Positions 5,546 to 12,629 of a stretch of DNA of 19,594 bases are shown here, in pieces. Numbering within the stretch: the first letter of the stretch is position 1; each line of letters opens with the position of its first letter. The translations under genes and the position numbers were made by a program. The notes below the pieces were generated by a model that was given only the letters and a program-made list of their open reading frames with translations, was not told the DNA's origin and did not search any database. This stretch comes from Candidatus Omnitrophota bacterium. GTDB taxonomy: Bacteria > Omnitrophota > Gorgyraeia > Gygaellales > Gygaellaceae. The stretch lies in the NCBI GenBank assembly GCA_041309125.1, contig JBFZAD010000196.1:1-19594 (forward strand), in the 5' to 3' direction.

Positions 5546-6954
5546 AGCTTACGTGCCTCTGCTGTAACATAAAGAGAGCCTGTGATTAAAATCAAACTCT
5601 CTTTATTATTATATCTTTTAGTAAGATTTAATGCGCTGGCAACATCTTTTGTAGTATGAAATTCAGACAAAACTTCATTATTAAGGCCACCCAGTGATTT
5701 TAATATAAATTTTGTGCTTGCTGCCCTTGGATTTTTTGATTTTGTAAGAATAATATTCTTACAAATTGGGAATAACTCATTGGCAATTGATTTTATATCC
5801 TTATCTTTGGCTGCGCCAAAAATTAGATTGATACCTATTCTTGAGAATCTTTCTATCAGGGTAGTCTTCAACGCTCTTGCCGAAGCTTGGTTCTGTGCGC
5901 CATCTATTATTATTAAAGGCTTGCGGGAGATTATTTCAAACCGTGAAGGCCACTTTGTGTTTAGTAATCCTTTTCGAATTTTATTTTCTCTGACATTTAT
6001 ACTCTGTTCTTTTAGGGCCTCAATAACACCAATCGCTACAGAGGCATTAATAATCTGATGAAAACCGAGAAATGGAATCTTAACTTTTTTATAATTATTA
6101 AATTTAGAATAGAAATTAAAGGTCTCTCCTGCGCTATCAAAATCCGTTCTCTCAAATAAGATATCTTCACCTATTTCGTACAACTTTGCATTTTTATCCT
6201 TACATCTTTTTTTAATTACTTCTCCTGCAATATCTTCTTGCGGTGCACTAATCACGCATAGCTGTGGCCTGTGGCCTGTGGCCTGTGGCCTTCTTTTTAT
6301 AATTCCAGCCTTTTCCTTTGTAATTCTTTCCAAAGTGCCACCTAATATCGCAGTATGTTCATAGCTAATAGGAGTGAGCGCAGAAACGAGCGGATTCACA
6401 GTATTAGTTGCATCGAGCCTTCCCCCTAAACCAGTTTCTAGCACAACAAAATCAACTTCTTTTTCTAGAAAATACAAAAACGCCAAAGCAGTAAGCACTT
6501 CAAAAAAAGTTAAATTATAATCTTTTTTTCTTCTTTTTATCTCATCTATCCCTATTTTCAATTTTCTCATCAAGTTTGTAAAATCATCGCAGGAAATCAT
6601 TCCTTCAAAATCTGACTGAAGCCTGTGGCCTGTGGCCTGAAGCATGTGGCCTGAAGCCTGTGGCCCAGAAGATAAGATCCTTATCCTCTCTCTAAAATCA
6701 TTCAAATGCGGCGATGTATATAGTCCTACCCTATATCCCGCTTCGCGCAAAATATATGCAATGAATGCACAGGTTGAACCCTTGCCTTTAGTTCCAGCTA
6801 CATGAATACATTCAAGTCTTTCTTGTGGATTCCCAATGAAGTTCAAAAAATATTTGAAGCGACTTAAATCAAATGAGGTTTTATACGGATAGGACGATAT
6901 CTTCTCGTAATCAATGAAGGAATTTAAATAAGATATTGCTTTTTGGAAAGTCAA
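5533..6954 (-). CDS. folC: Bifunctional folylpolyglutamate synthase / dihydrofolate synthase (FolC, Mur-ligase family)
   Basis: P-loop HVAGTKGKGST, SPHL..F.ERI, ETGLGGRLDATN, ISYEHT and DGAQN motifs are all present. Confidence 0.9.
   Translation of the reverse strand: MTFQKAISYLNSFIDYEKISSYPYKTSFDLSRFKYFLNFIGNPQERLECIHVAGTKGKGSTCAFIAYILREAGYRVGLYTSPHLNDFRERIRILSSGPQASGHMLQATGHRLQSDFEGMISCDDFTNLMRKLKIGIDEIKRRKKDYNLTFFEVLTALAFLYFLEKEVDFVVLETGLGGRLDATNTVNPLVSALTPISYEHTAILGGTLERITKEKAGIIKRRPQATGHRPQLCVISAPQEDIAGEVIKKRCKDKNAKLYEIGEDILFERTDFDSAGETFNFYSKFNNYKKVKIPFLGFHQIINASVAIGVIEALKEQSINVRENKIRKGLLNTKWPSRFEIISRKPLIIIDGAQNQASARALKTTLIERFSRIGINLIFGAAKDKDIKSIANELFPICKNIILTKSKNPRAASTKFILKSLGGLNNEVLSEFHTTKDVASALNLTKRYNNKESLILITGSLYVTAEARKLCLN
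6262..6290. repeat. Tandem heptamer (CTGTGGC)x4 inside folC (GCCACAG in gene sense)
   Basis: Read directly: four perfect units at 6262-6289 plus one base. In frame they encode RRPQATGHRPQ. Confidence 0.9.
6616..6664. repeat. Tandem heptamer array of 7 units inside folC: CTGAAGC CTGTGGC CTGTGGC CTGAAGC ATGTGGC CTGAAGC CTGTGGC
   Basis: Read directly. In frame it encodes GPQASGHMLQATGHRLQ. It uses the same core unit as the 6262-6290 array, mixed with a CTGAAGC variant. Confidence 0.9.
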
Positions 6955-6964
6955 AACCTATACC

Positions 6965-8536
6965 TTAATGCCTAAAATGCCTAAATCCTGTTGCCACCAT
7001 AGGAATATTGTACTTATTGCACACCTTTACAATTTCATCATCTGCGATTGAGCCACCTGGTTGGATTACGGCCTTTATGCCATTTCTTATGGCTAGGCTA
7101 ATTGCATCTGCTTTTGGAAAGAATGCATCTGAGGCAAGACAAGCACCTTTAGTCTTAGCCTTTCCCCCGGCCTTTTTTACTGAAATATATACTGAATCAA
7201 CTCTGCTCATCTGTCCTGCACCTATACCAATAGTCTTTGTGCCCTTTGTAAGTATTATGGCATTAGACTTAACATGCTTTGCTATCTTCCATGCAAATAT
7301 CAAAGAATCCATTTGTGCCTTTGTCGGCTTCTTTTCTGTCATTACCTTTAGATTATTTACATCTAAGGTAACTAAATCCTTATCTTGAAGAAGCGCTCCT
7401 CCTGAAACTGTACGAAAGTCCAATTTCTGATTCCTAGACGTATCAAAATCACAAGAAAGTATCCTTAAATTTTTCTTATCTTTTAAAATCTTAAGCGCTC
7501 CTTCTTCATATCCAGGCGCAATAATACATTCTAAGAATCCGCTTCTTGATATTGCCTTTGCAGTATCCACATCAACTTTCCTGTTTAAACCGACTATTCC
7601 TCCAAAAGCAGACAGCTTATCGCAACCCCAAGCCTCAATGTATGCCTTTTTTAATGTCTTTGATTCGCTCGCTCCGCAAGGATTATTGTGCTTTAATATA
7701 ACCGCTGCAGGCCCCTCAAACTCTCTGACTAAATCAAATGCCGAGTTAAGGTCAAGAATATTATTAAATGAAAGCTCTTTGCCGTGCAATTGCTTGCATG
7801 ACGCAAGGCCATAATCTGCCGATGCATCTTTATAAAAAGCGCCTTTCTGATGAGGATTCTCTCCATAGCGTAAAGGCTGAAGCCTTTCGTACTCAAGTCT
7901 TAAAAATCTAGGGAATGCACTTTTCTGTTCGGAATCTTTTTTATCTGCGGCATTCTTTAGAAACTCATAAATTGCAGCATCATAATGTGAAGTCTTCTTA
8001 AAAACTTCAACTCCAAGAGAAACCAATGTCTCATCAGAAAGCGAACAGTTGTTTTTCTTTAATTCCAGGAGGATTGCATCGTATCTTTCGGGATTACTTA
8101 TGACTGCCACCGACCTAGAGTTTTTGGCAGCAGAACGCAACATTGACGGACCGCCTATATCTATATTCTCAATTGCCTCATGCAATGTGACATCAGGCTT
8201 TTTTATAACGCTCTCAAATGGATAGAGATTCACAACAACCATATCAATAAGCCCAATTCCATGATTCTGGATTTGTCTCATATGTTCTTTGTTGTCTCTT
8301 AAAGCCAATAGGCCGGCATGGATCCTTGGATGTAATGTCTTTACCCTTCCATCCAGCATTTCAGGAAAACCAGTATATTCTGAAACATCCTTAACAGGAA
8401 TTTTATTCTGTCTTAATGATTTGGCGGTGCCGCCCGTTGAAAGAATTTCTACTCCAAGACTACTTAAACCTGCTGCAAAATCTATAATTCCCGCTTTGTC
8501 AGACACGCTGATCAGCGCACGTTTTACCTTTAGCAT
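6965..8536 (-). CDS. purH: Bifunctional AICAR transformylase / IMP cyclohydrolase (PurH)
   Basis: 523 aa. The N-terminal MGS-like domain reads KRALISVSDKAGI..FA..L...GVEILSTGGTAK and GRVKTLHP.IH.G. The C-terminus reads SDAFFPF-like (SDAFFPKADAI) and ends TGFRHFRH. Confidence 0.95.
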   Translation of the reverse strand: MLKVKRALISVSDKAGIIDFAAGLSSLGVEILSTGGTAKSLRQNKIPVKDVSEYTGFPEMLDGRVKTLHPRIHAGLLALRDNKEHMRQIQNHGIGLIDMVVVNLYPFESVIKKPDVTLHEAIENIDIGGPSMLRSAAKNSRSVAVISNPERYDAILLELKKNNCSLSDETLVSLGVEVFKKTSHYDAAIYEFLKNAADKKDSEQKSAFPRFLRLEYERLQPLRYGENPHQKGAFYKDASADYGLASCKQLHGKELSFNNILDLNSAFDLVREFEGPAAVILKHNNPCGASESKTLKKAYIEAWGCDKLSAFGGIVGLNRKVDVDTAKAISRSGFLECIIAPGYEEGALKILKDKKNLRILSCDFDTSRNQKLDFRTVSGGALLQDKDLVTLDVNNLKVMTEKKPTKAQMDSLIFAWKIAKHVKSNAIILTKGTKTIGIGAGQMSRVDSVYISVKKAGGKAKTKGACLASDAFFPKADAISLAIRNGIKAVIQPGGSIADDEIVKVCNKYNIPMVATGFRHFRH

Positions 8537-8553
8537 TTCATCTCTCCCCGATA

Positions 8554-9252
8554 TTATTTATTGAATCTGAAATTAAGCCAATCTGCATCCTTAACAATAT
8601 ATTCTTTATCCTCAAGCCGCATTAAATTCTGCGCCTTTGCCTCATTAACCCCGCCTGATTTAACTAAATCTTCATAGCTAATTACCTCTGCCCGGATAAA
8701 ACCCTTTTGTATTGTAGAATGAATCTTTCCGGCTGCCTCATAACATGTTGTGCCATATTTTACACACCAGGCGCGGGCTTCTTTTGAACCTACTGTAGTA
8801 AAAAATGAGATATGTCCAAACTCTTTATACGCATTTAATAGGATATCTTCAATATTTGAGATATCTGAACCTATAATATAAACTGGTTTTAAAGTTATAA
8901 GATTATACCCAAGTATATCCTTCGGTAAATCATCCTGAAGGACACATTTAGAAAGTATATTGTCCTTTTCCAATTCCTCTTTTAGCCTTGAAATTTTTGA
9001 TATCTTGTCCTGATCAGCGGCCGAAGCGAGTAATTTTTCTACAGACTCTAAATCCTCTATTATTAAATCCGTCTTTTTCTCTTGCGAGCATATTATGGCA
9101 TCTGCCTCAGAAATTCTTGCGCTATCAATTAATTCAAGTTGGATATATGTCTGACCAGGACACTTGGTCAATTCTTTTACCTTATCCAGGCGTTCATCTT
9201 TAAGATTTGTCTTGCCCTGTTTGTATTCTATTCCTATTATGGCTATCTTCAT
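8554..9252 (-). CDS. YchF-like protein with a degenerate G-domain and an intact C-terminal YchF/TGS-like (DUF933) domain
   Basis: The C-terminus ARAWCVKYGTTCYEAAGKIHSTIQKGFIRAEVISYEDL...YIVKDADWLNFRFNK closely parallels the YchF C-terminal domain. The protein is only 232 aa. The P-loop position reads GIEYKQGKT instead of G.PNVGKST, and the switch II position reads LIDSA instead of D.AGLV. Confidence 0.7.
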   Translation of the reverse strand: MKIAIIGIEYKQGKTNLKDERLDKVKELTKCPGQTYIQLELIDSARISEADAIICSQEKKTDLIIEDLESVEKLLASAADQDKISKISRLKEELEKDNILSKCVLQDDLPKDILGYNLITLKPVYIIGSDISNIEDILLNAYKEFGHISFFTTVGSKEARAWCVKYGTTCYEAAGKIHSTIQKGFIRAEVISYEDLVKSGGVNEAKAQNLMRLEDKEYIVKDADWLNFRFNK

Positions 9253-9275
9253 TAGTCCTTTTTTTTAGGTTAGTA

Positions 9276-11222
9276 TTATTCTTCTGCCTTTTTGTCCACC
9301 TGATTCTTAGCTATAATCTCCTGCATAATTTTATGCGGAACTTCTTCGTAATGGGAAAACTTCATGGTAAAGGAACCTCTGCCTCCTGTCATAGAGCGCA
9401 GGTCATTTGCATATTTAAACATCTCTGCCAAAGGCACCTGGGCCTTGACCACCTGGTTTCTTCCTCTTGAATCCATACCCATAATCCTGCCGCGCCTTGA
9501 ATTTAAATCTCCTGAAATCTGGCCCATAAATTCTTCAGATATGAGTATCTCTACATCCATAATCGGCTCAAGCAATGCCGGGCCTGCCTCAAGCACGGCC
9601 TTACGCAATGCCATGGAACCTGCAATTTGAAAGGCCATATCAGAAGAATCAACCGGATGAAAAGAACCATCATACAGGATTACCTTAACGCTCACCAAAG
9701 GATAGCCTGCCAGGGCTCCTTCTGTCATTGCCTGTCTAACTCCCTTCTCGACAGAGGGAATATAGTTTTTAGGTATTGCACCTCCGAATATCTTGTCTAC
9801 AAATTCAAACTCTGCATCCTTTGGCAAGGGTTCTATCTCTAGCCATACATCTCCGTATTGACCACGGCCTCCGGATTGTCGTTTATACTTACCTTGGACC
9901 TTGGCGCCCTTCTTTATAGTCTCTTTATAAGGTATCTTGGGAGTACCAAGATCAACATCTACGTTAAATCTTTTCTTCATCCTGGCCACCATAACATCAA
10001 GATGTAGCGCTCCTAGGCCCGATACTATTAATTCCTTTGTCTGCAGGTCTCGGCTTACCTTAAATGTATGGTCTTCGCTGCTCAATTTTGAGAGCGCGCT
10101 TGATATCTTTTCTTCATCATGCCTTGACTTTGGCTTTATAGATTCTGAAAAACATGATTCTGGTAATGTAGTCTCAAGGTAAATAAGGCCTGAGTTATCT
10201 TCAGCCAATGAATCATTGGTTGATGTATCCTTTAATTTTGACAGCGCTACAATATCTCCGCATACAGCCTCAGTGACTGCAACCTGTTCCTTCCCCTGCA
10301 ACAGATAAATTGAACCGATTCTTTCTTTTAAATCCTTGTTTATATTATAAAATCCTGTACCAGAGATCAACTTTCCTGCAAATATCCTTATTATGCTAAG
10401 TTGCCCGACGTAAGGGTCTGATATGCTCTTAAATACAAAAGCAGAAAAAGGCTTATCAGGCCCATATACCAATAGTTTTTCTTCTTTGTTTCTGTTTGTC
10501 AATTTTAACTGCGGCCTCTCAAGAGGAGAAGGAAGAAATTTAACTATTGCATCAAATAATTCTTCTATGCCCTTATCTTGAAGACAAGAACCAAATATCA
10601 CAGGAAAAAGCTTCGCATTTTGGACCGCCTTATGAAGGCCCAGTTTTATCTCTTCTTCTGAAAGACTCGCGCCTTCTAAGTATTTCTCAAGCAAGGCATC
10701 ATCCGCTTCGCAAACTGCCTCGATTAAAGACGGATCATTAAGAGATACTAAATGAAATATATTCTTCCCAAAACATTCCCTTAATTCCTCAAGCGTCTTA
10801 TCGGCATTAGTATTTTCTTTGTCTAATTTATTTATAAAAAATATCCTGGCTAAATTATTTTTGTTCAATAACTCCCAGTCCCTTTCTGTACCAACCTCAA
10901 CTCCGGTTACGGCATCTATTACTACAATTGCGCTATCTACGCCAGCACAAGAAGAGATAACCTCTCCTTCAAAATCTGCATAGCCAGGGGTATCAATAAC
11001 CTGAATTGCATATTCTTTAATTTTAAAATTAAGGAAGCTGCTGCTTATAGAGATTTTTCTTTCTATTTCATCCTCGCTGTAGTCACTGACGGTATTGCCC
11101 TCCGGCACAGTTCCTTTGCGGCTTATAGCGCCTGCCTTAAAAAGCATGCATTCCGAAAGGGAGGTCTTACCGCTATGGGCATGGCCAACTAAAATAATAT
11201 TCCTTTTTAGATTTATATCCAT
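9276..11222 (-). CDS. Elongation factor G family GTPase, EF-G2-like paralogue
   Basis: 648 aa. G1 is VGHAHSGKTSL, G2 is GNTVSDY..DEIER, and G3 is DTPGYADF. The NKLD motif is present, and domain IV/V-like segments include GGRGQYG. The short length and the HAHSGKT and PGYADF variants resemble Thermus-type EF-G2 rather than canonical FusA. GGAGAGGA lies upstream of the ATG. Confidence 0.85.
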   Translation of the reverse strand: MDINLKRNIILVGHAHSGKTSLSECMLFKAGAISRKGTVPEGNTVSDYSEDEIERKISISSSFLNFKIKEYAIQVIDTPGYADFEGEVISSCAGVDSAIVVIDAVTGVEVGTERDWELLNKNNLARIFFINKLDKENTNADKTLEELRECFGKNIFHLVSLNDPSLIEAVCEADDALLEKYLEGASLSEEEIKLGLHKAVQNAKLFPVIFGSCLQDKGIEELFDAIVKFLPSPLERPQLKLTNRNKEEKLLVYGPDKPFSAFVFKSISDPYVGQLSIIRIFAGKLISGTGFYNINKDLKERIGSIYLLQGKEQVAVTEAVCGDIVALSKLKDTSTNDSLAEDNSGLIYLETTLPESCFSESIKPKSRHDEEKISSALSKLSSEDHTFKVSRDLQTKELIVSGLGALHLDVMVARMKKRFNVDVDLGTPKIPYKETIKKGAKVQGKYKRQSGGRGQYGDVWLEIEPLPKDAEFEFVDKIFGGAIPKNYIPSVEKGVRQAMTEGALAGYPLVSVKVILYDGSFHPVDSSDMAFQIAGSMALRKAVLEAGPALLEPIMDVEILISEEFMGQISGDLNSRRGRIMGMDSRGRNQVVKAQVPLAEMFKYANDLRSMTGGRGSFTMKFSHYEEVPHKIMQEIIAKNQVDKKAEE

Positions 11223-11286
11223 GGCTATTATCCTCTCCGTACTATTATTTTTTGTATTATTTGGGGGTTATGCTCCAAGAGAGTTT

Positions 11287-11315
11287 ATTATATGAAAAAA
11301 ATTAAAGGGCGTCAA
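11287..11315 (-). promoter_or_regulatory. Sigma70-type promoter: TTGACG, 17 nt, TATAAT, upstream of the EF-G2-like gene
   Basis: On the minus strand the -35 TTGACG is at 11315-11310 and the -10 TATAAT at 11292-11287, with an exact 17-nt spacer. It lies about 65 nt upstream of the ATG at 11222. Confidence 0.55.
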
Positions 11316-11409
11316 GGAATATCACAGTTGTTTCTAACTGCTATGGTTTAAGTGGGTTTTATGCCAGATTTGAAATTATATAGGCTTGTTAATTAAAAGA
11401 TGGGTAAAC

Positions 11410-12612
11410 CTACTCAAGATAGGTATAAATCTTTCCCTTGTAGTTACGTATTGTGTATCTACTCTTGGCTTGAGACAAGAGATAACTAGGCCCAATAGGC
11501 ACCTTACCGCCTCCACCAGGTGCATCTATGACATAGACTGGCACTGCATAACCAGAGGTATGGCCTCTTAGCTTTTCAATAATATTAATCCCTGTAGAAA
11601 CAGGAGTTCGAAAATGAGAAGTACCCTTTACTGGATCACACTGATAGATATAATATGGCCTCACTCGTATCTTAAGCAGCTCGTGCATGAGTTTTCGCAT
11701 AATATAAGGCTTGTCATTAATGCCTTTTAAGAGAACGGTCTGGCTACCCAAAGGAAATCCGTTATCTGCAAGCATATCACAGGCCAATCTTGAGCGCTTT
11801 GTGATCTCGCGCGGGTGATTGAAATGAATGCTTATCCATATAGGAGCATATTTCTTGAGCATGGTGACTAGATTTTCAGTTATTCTCTGTGGGAGTGTCA
11901 CAGGCACACGCGTACCTATTCTTAAAAATTCTATATGAGGTATACTCCTTATATTTTTAACAATTTCCTCAAGTACATCATCTTCAAGCATCAATGGATC
12001 TCCGCCAGAGATTAAAACATCCCGTACCTTCTTATTTGATCTTAGATATTCATAGGCATCATCTAATTTATTAGCACCTATGGTCTGCCTCTTTTCGCCA
12101 ACCAGTCTTCTTCTGGTACAGTGCCTGCAGTAGGTGGCACAATTCTCTGTTGCCAATAATAAAACTCTGTCCGGATATCTATGAACAAGACTTAAGGCCG
12201 GCGAATCCTTATCTTCTCCGCAAGGGTCACTCATCTCTTGAGTAGAAAAATGAAATTCTGATTCAGTTGGTACTGCCTGACGTCTTATAGGGCATTTAGA
12301 ATCATACGGGTCCATCAAGGTTGCAAAGTAAGGAGTAATTGCTATGGAAAGCCTGCCATTACATCTTTTGATGGCCTTCTCTTCTGCCGGTGTAAGTAAA
12401 ATAATCTCGCTCAATTCATCCTTTTTAGTAATTCTATTTTTTATCTGCCAATGCCAATCCTCCCACTCTAAGGGATTTACATCTTTAAAAAGACTTGTTG
12501 AACGGTAATCTATAGGAAAATAGATTCTCTTCGGTTTTATTATCGGGACATCCTGTTTAAGCAATTGAATCTTCTCGCTGACAATCTCCTGGGTGTTATT
12601 AAGCTGTGGCAA
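11410..12612 (-). CDS. kamA: KamA-family radical SAM, PLP-dependent aminomutase (lysine 2,3-aminomutase-like)
   Basis: It has the CATYCRHC radical-SAM CX3CX2C motif and the N-terminal WEDWHWQIKNRI motif. SGGDPL, YIYQCD and IDAPGGGGK (PLP lysine) are also present. The start is TTG, preceded by GGAGGAG. Confidence 0.9.
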   Translation of the reverse strand: MPQLNNTQEIVSEKIQLLKQDVPIIKPKRIYFPIDYRSTSLFKDVNPLEWEDWHWQIKNRITKKDELSEIILLTPAEEKAIKRCNGRLSIAITPYFATLMDPYDSKCPIRRQAVPTESEFHFSTQEMSDPCGEDKDSPALSLVHRYPDRVLLLATENCATYCRHCTRRRLVGEKRQTIGANKLDDAYEYLRSNKKVRDVLISGGDPLMLEDDVLEEIVKNIRSIPHIEFLRIGTRVPVTLPQRITENLVTMLKKYAPIWISIHFNHPREITKRSRLACDMLADNGFPLGSQTVLLKGINDKPYIMRKLMHELLKIRVRPYYIYQCDPVKGTSHFRTPVSTGINIIEKLRGHTSGYAVPVYVIDAPGGGGKVPIGPSYLLSQAKSRYTIRNYKGKIYTYLE

Positions 12613-12629
12613 CTAATCTCCTCCTTGTT

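Noticed and set aside
6262-6664. The heptamer arrays as a CRISPR array
   Set aside because: The units are 7 nt and directly tandem with no spacers. They lie inside intact reading frames, and no cas genes are present.
9276-11222. The 648-aa EF-G-like protein as a TetM/TetO-type ribosomal protection (tetracycline resistance) protein
   Set aside because: The length is similar, but the G1/G2/G3 variants (VGHAHSGKT, GNTVSDY, DTPGYADF) match my recollection of the EF-G2 subfamily rather than TetM (AHVDAGKTT). This cannot be fully excluded without a phylogeny.
12604-12610. Single copies of the CTGTGGC heptamer at the kamA start (12604-12610) and in the thioesterase gene (18388-18394, followed by TTGAAGT), considered as seeds of the folC repeat family
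   Set aside because: Isolated 7-mers are plausible by chance in about 39 kb of two-strand sequence, and neither is tandemly repeated.
11410-12612. The KamA homologue as EpmB (the EF-P beta-lysylation aminomutase)
   Set aside because: It carries the long N-terminal W.DW.WQ..NRI region and the YQCD and DAPGGGGK motifs typical of KamA/AblA-type enzymes. EpmB is shorter and has variants of these motifs. No epmA or efp is in the window.
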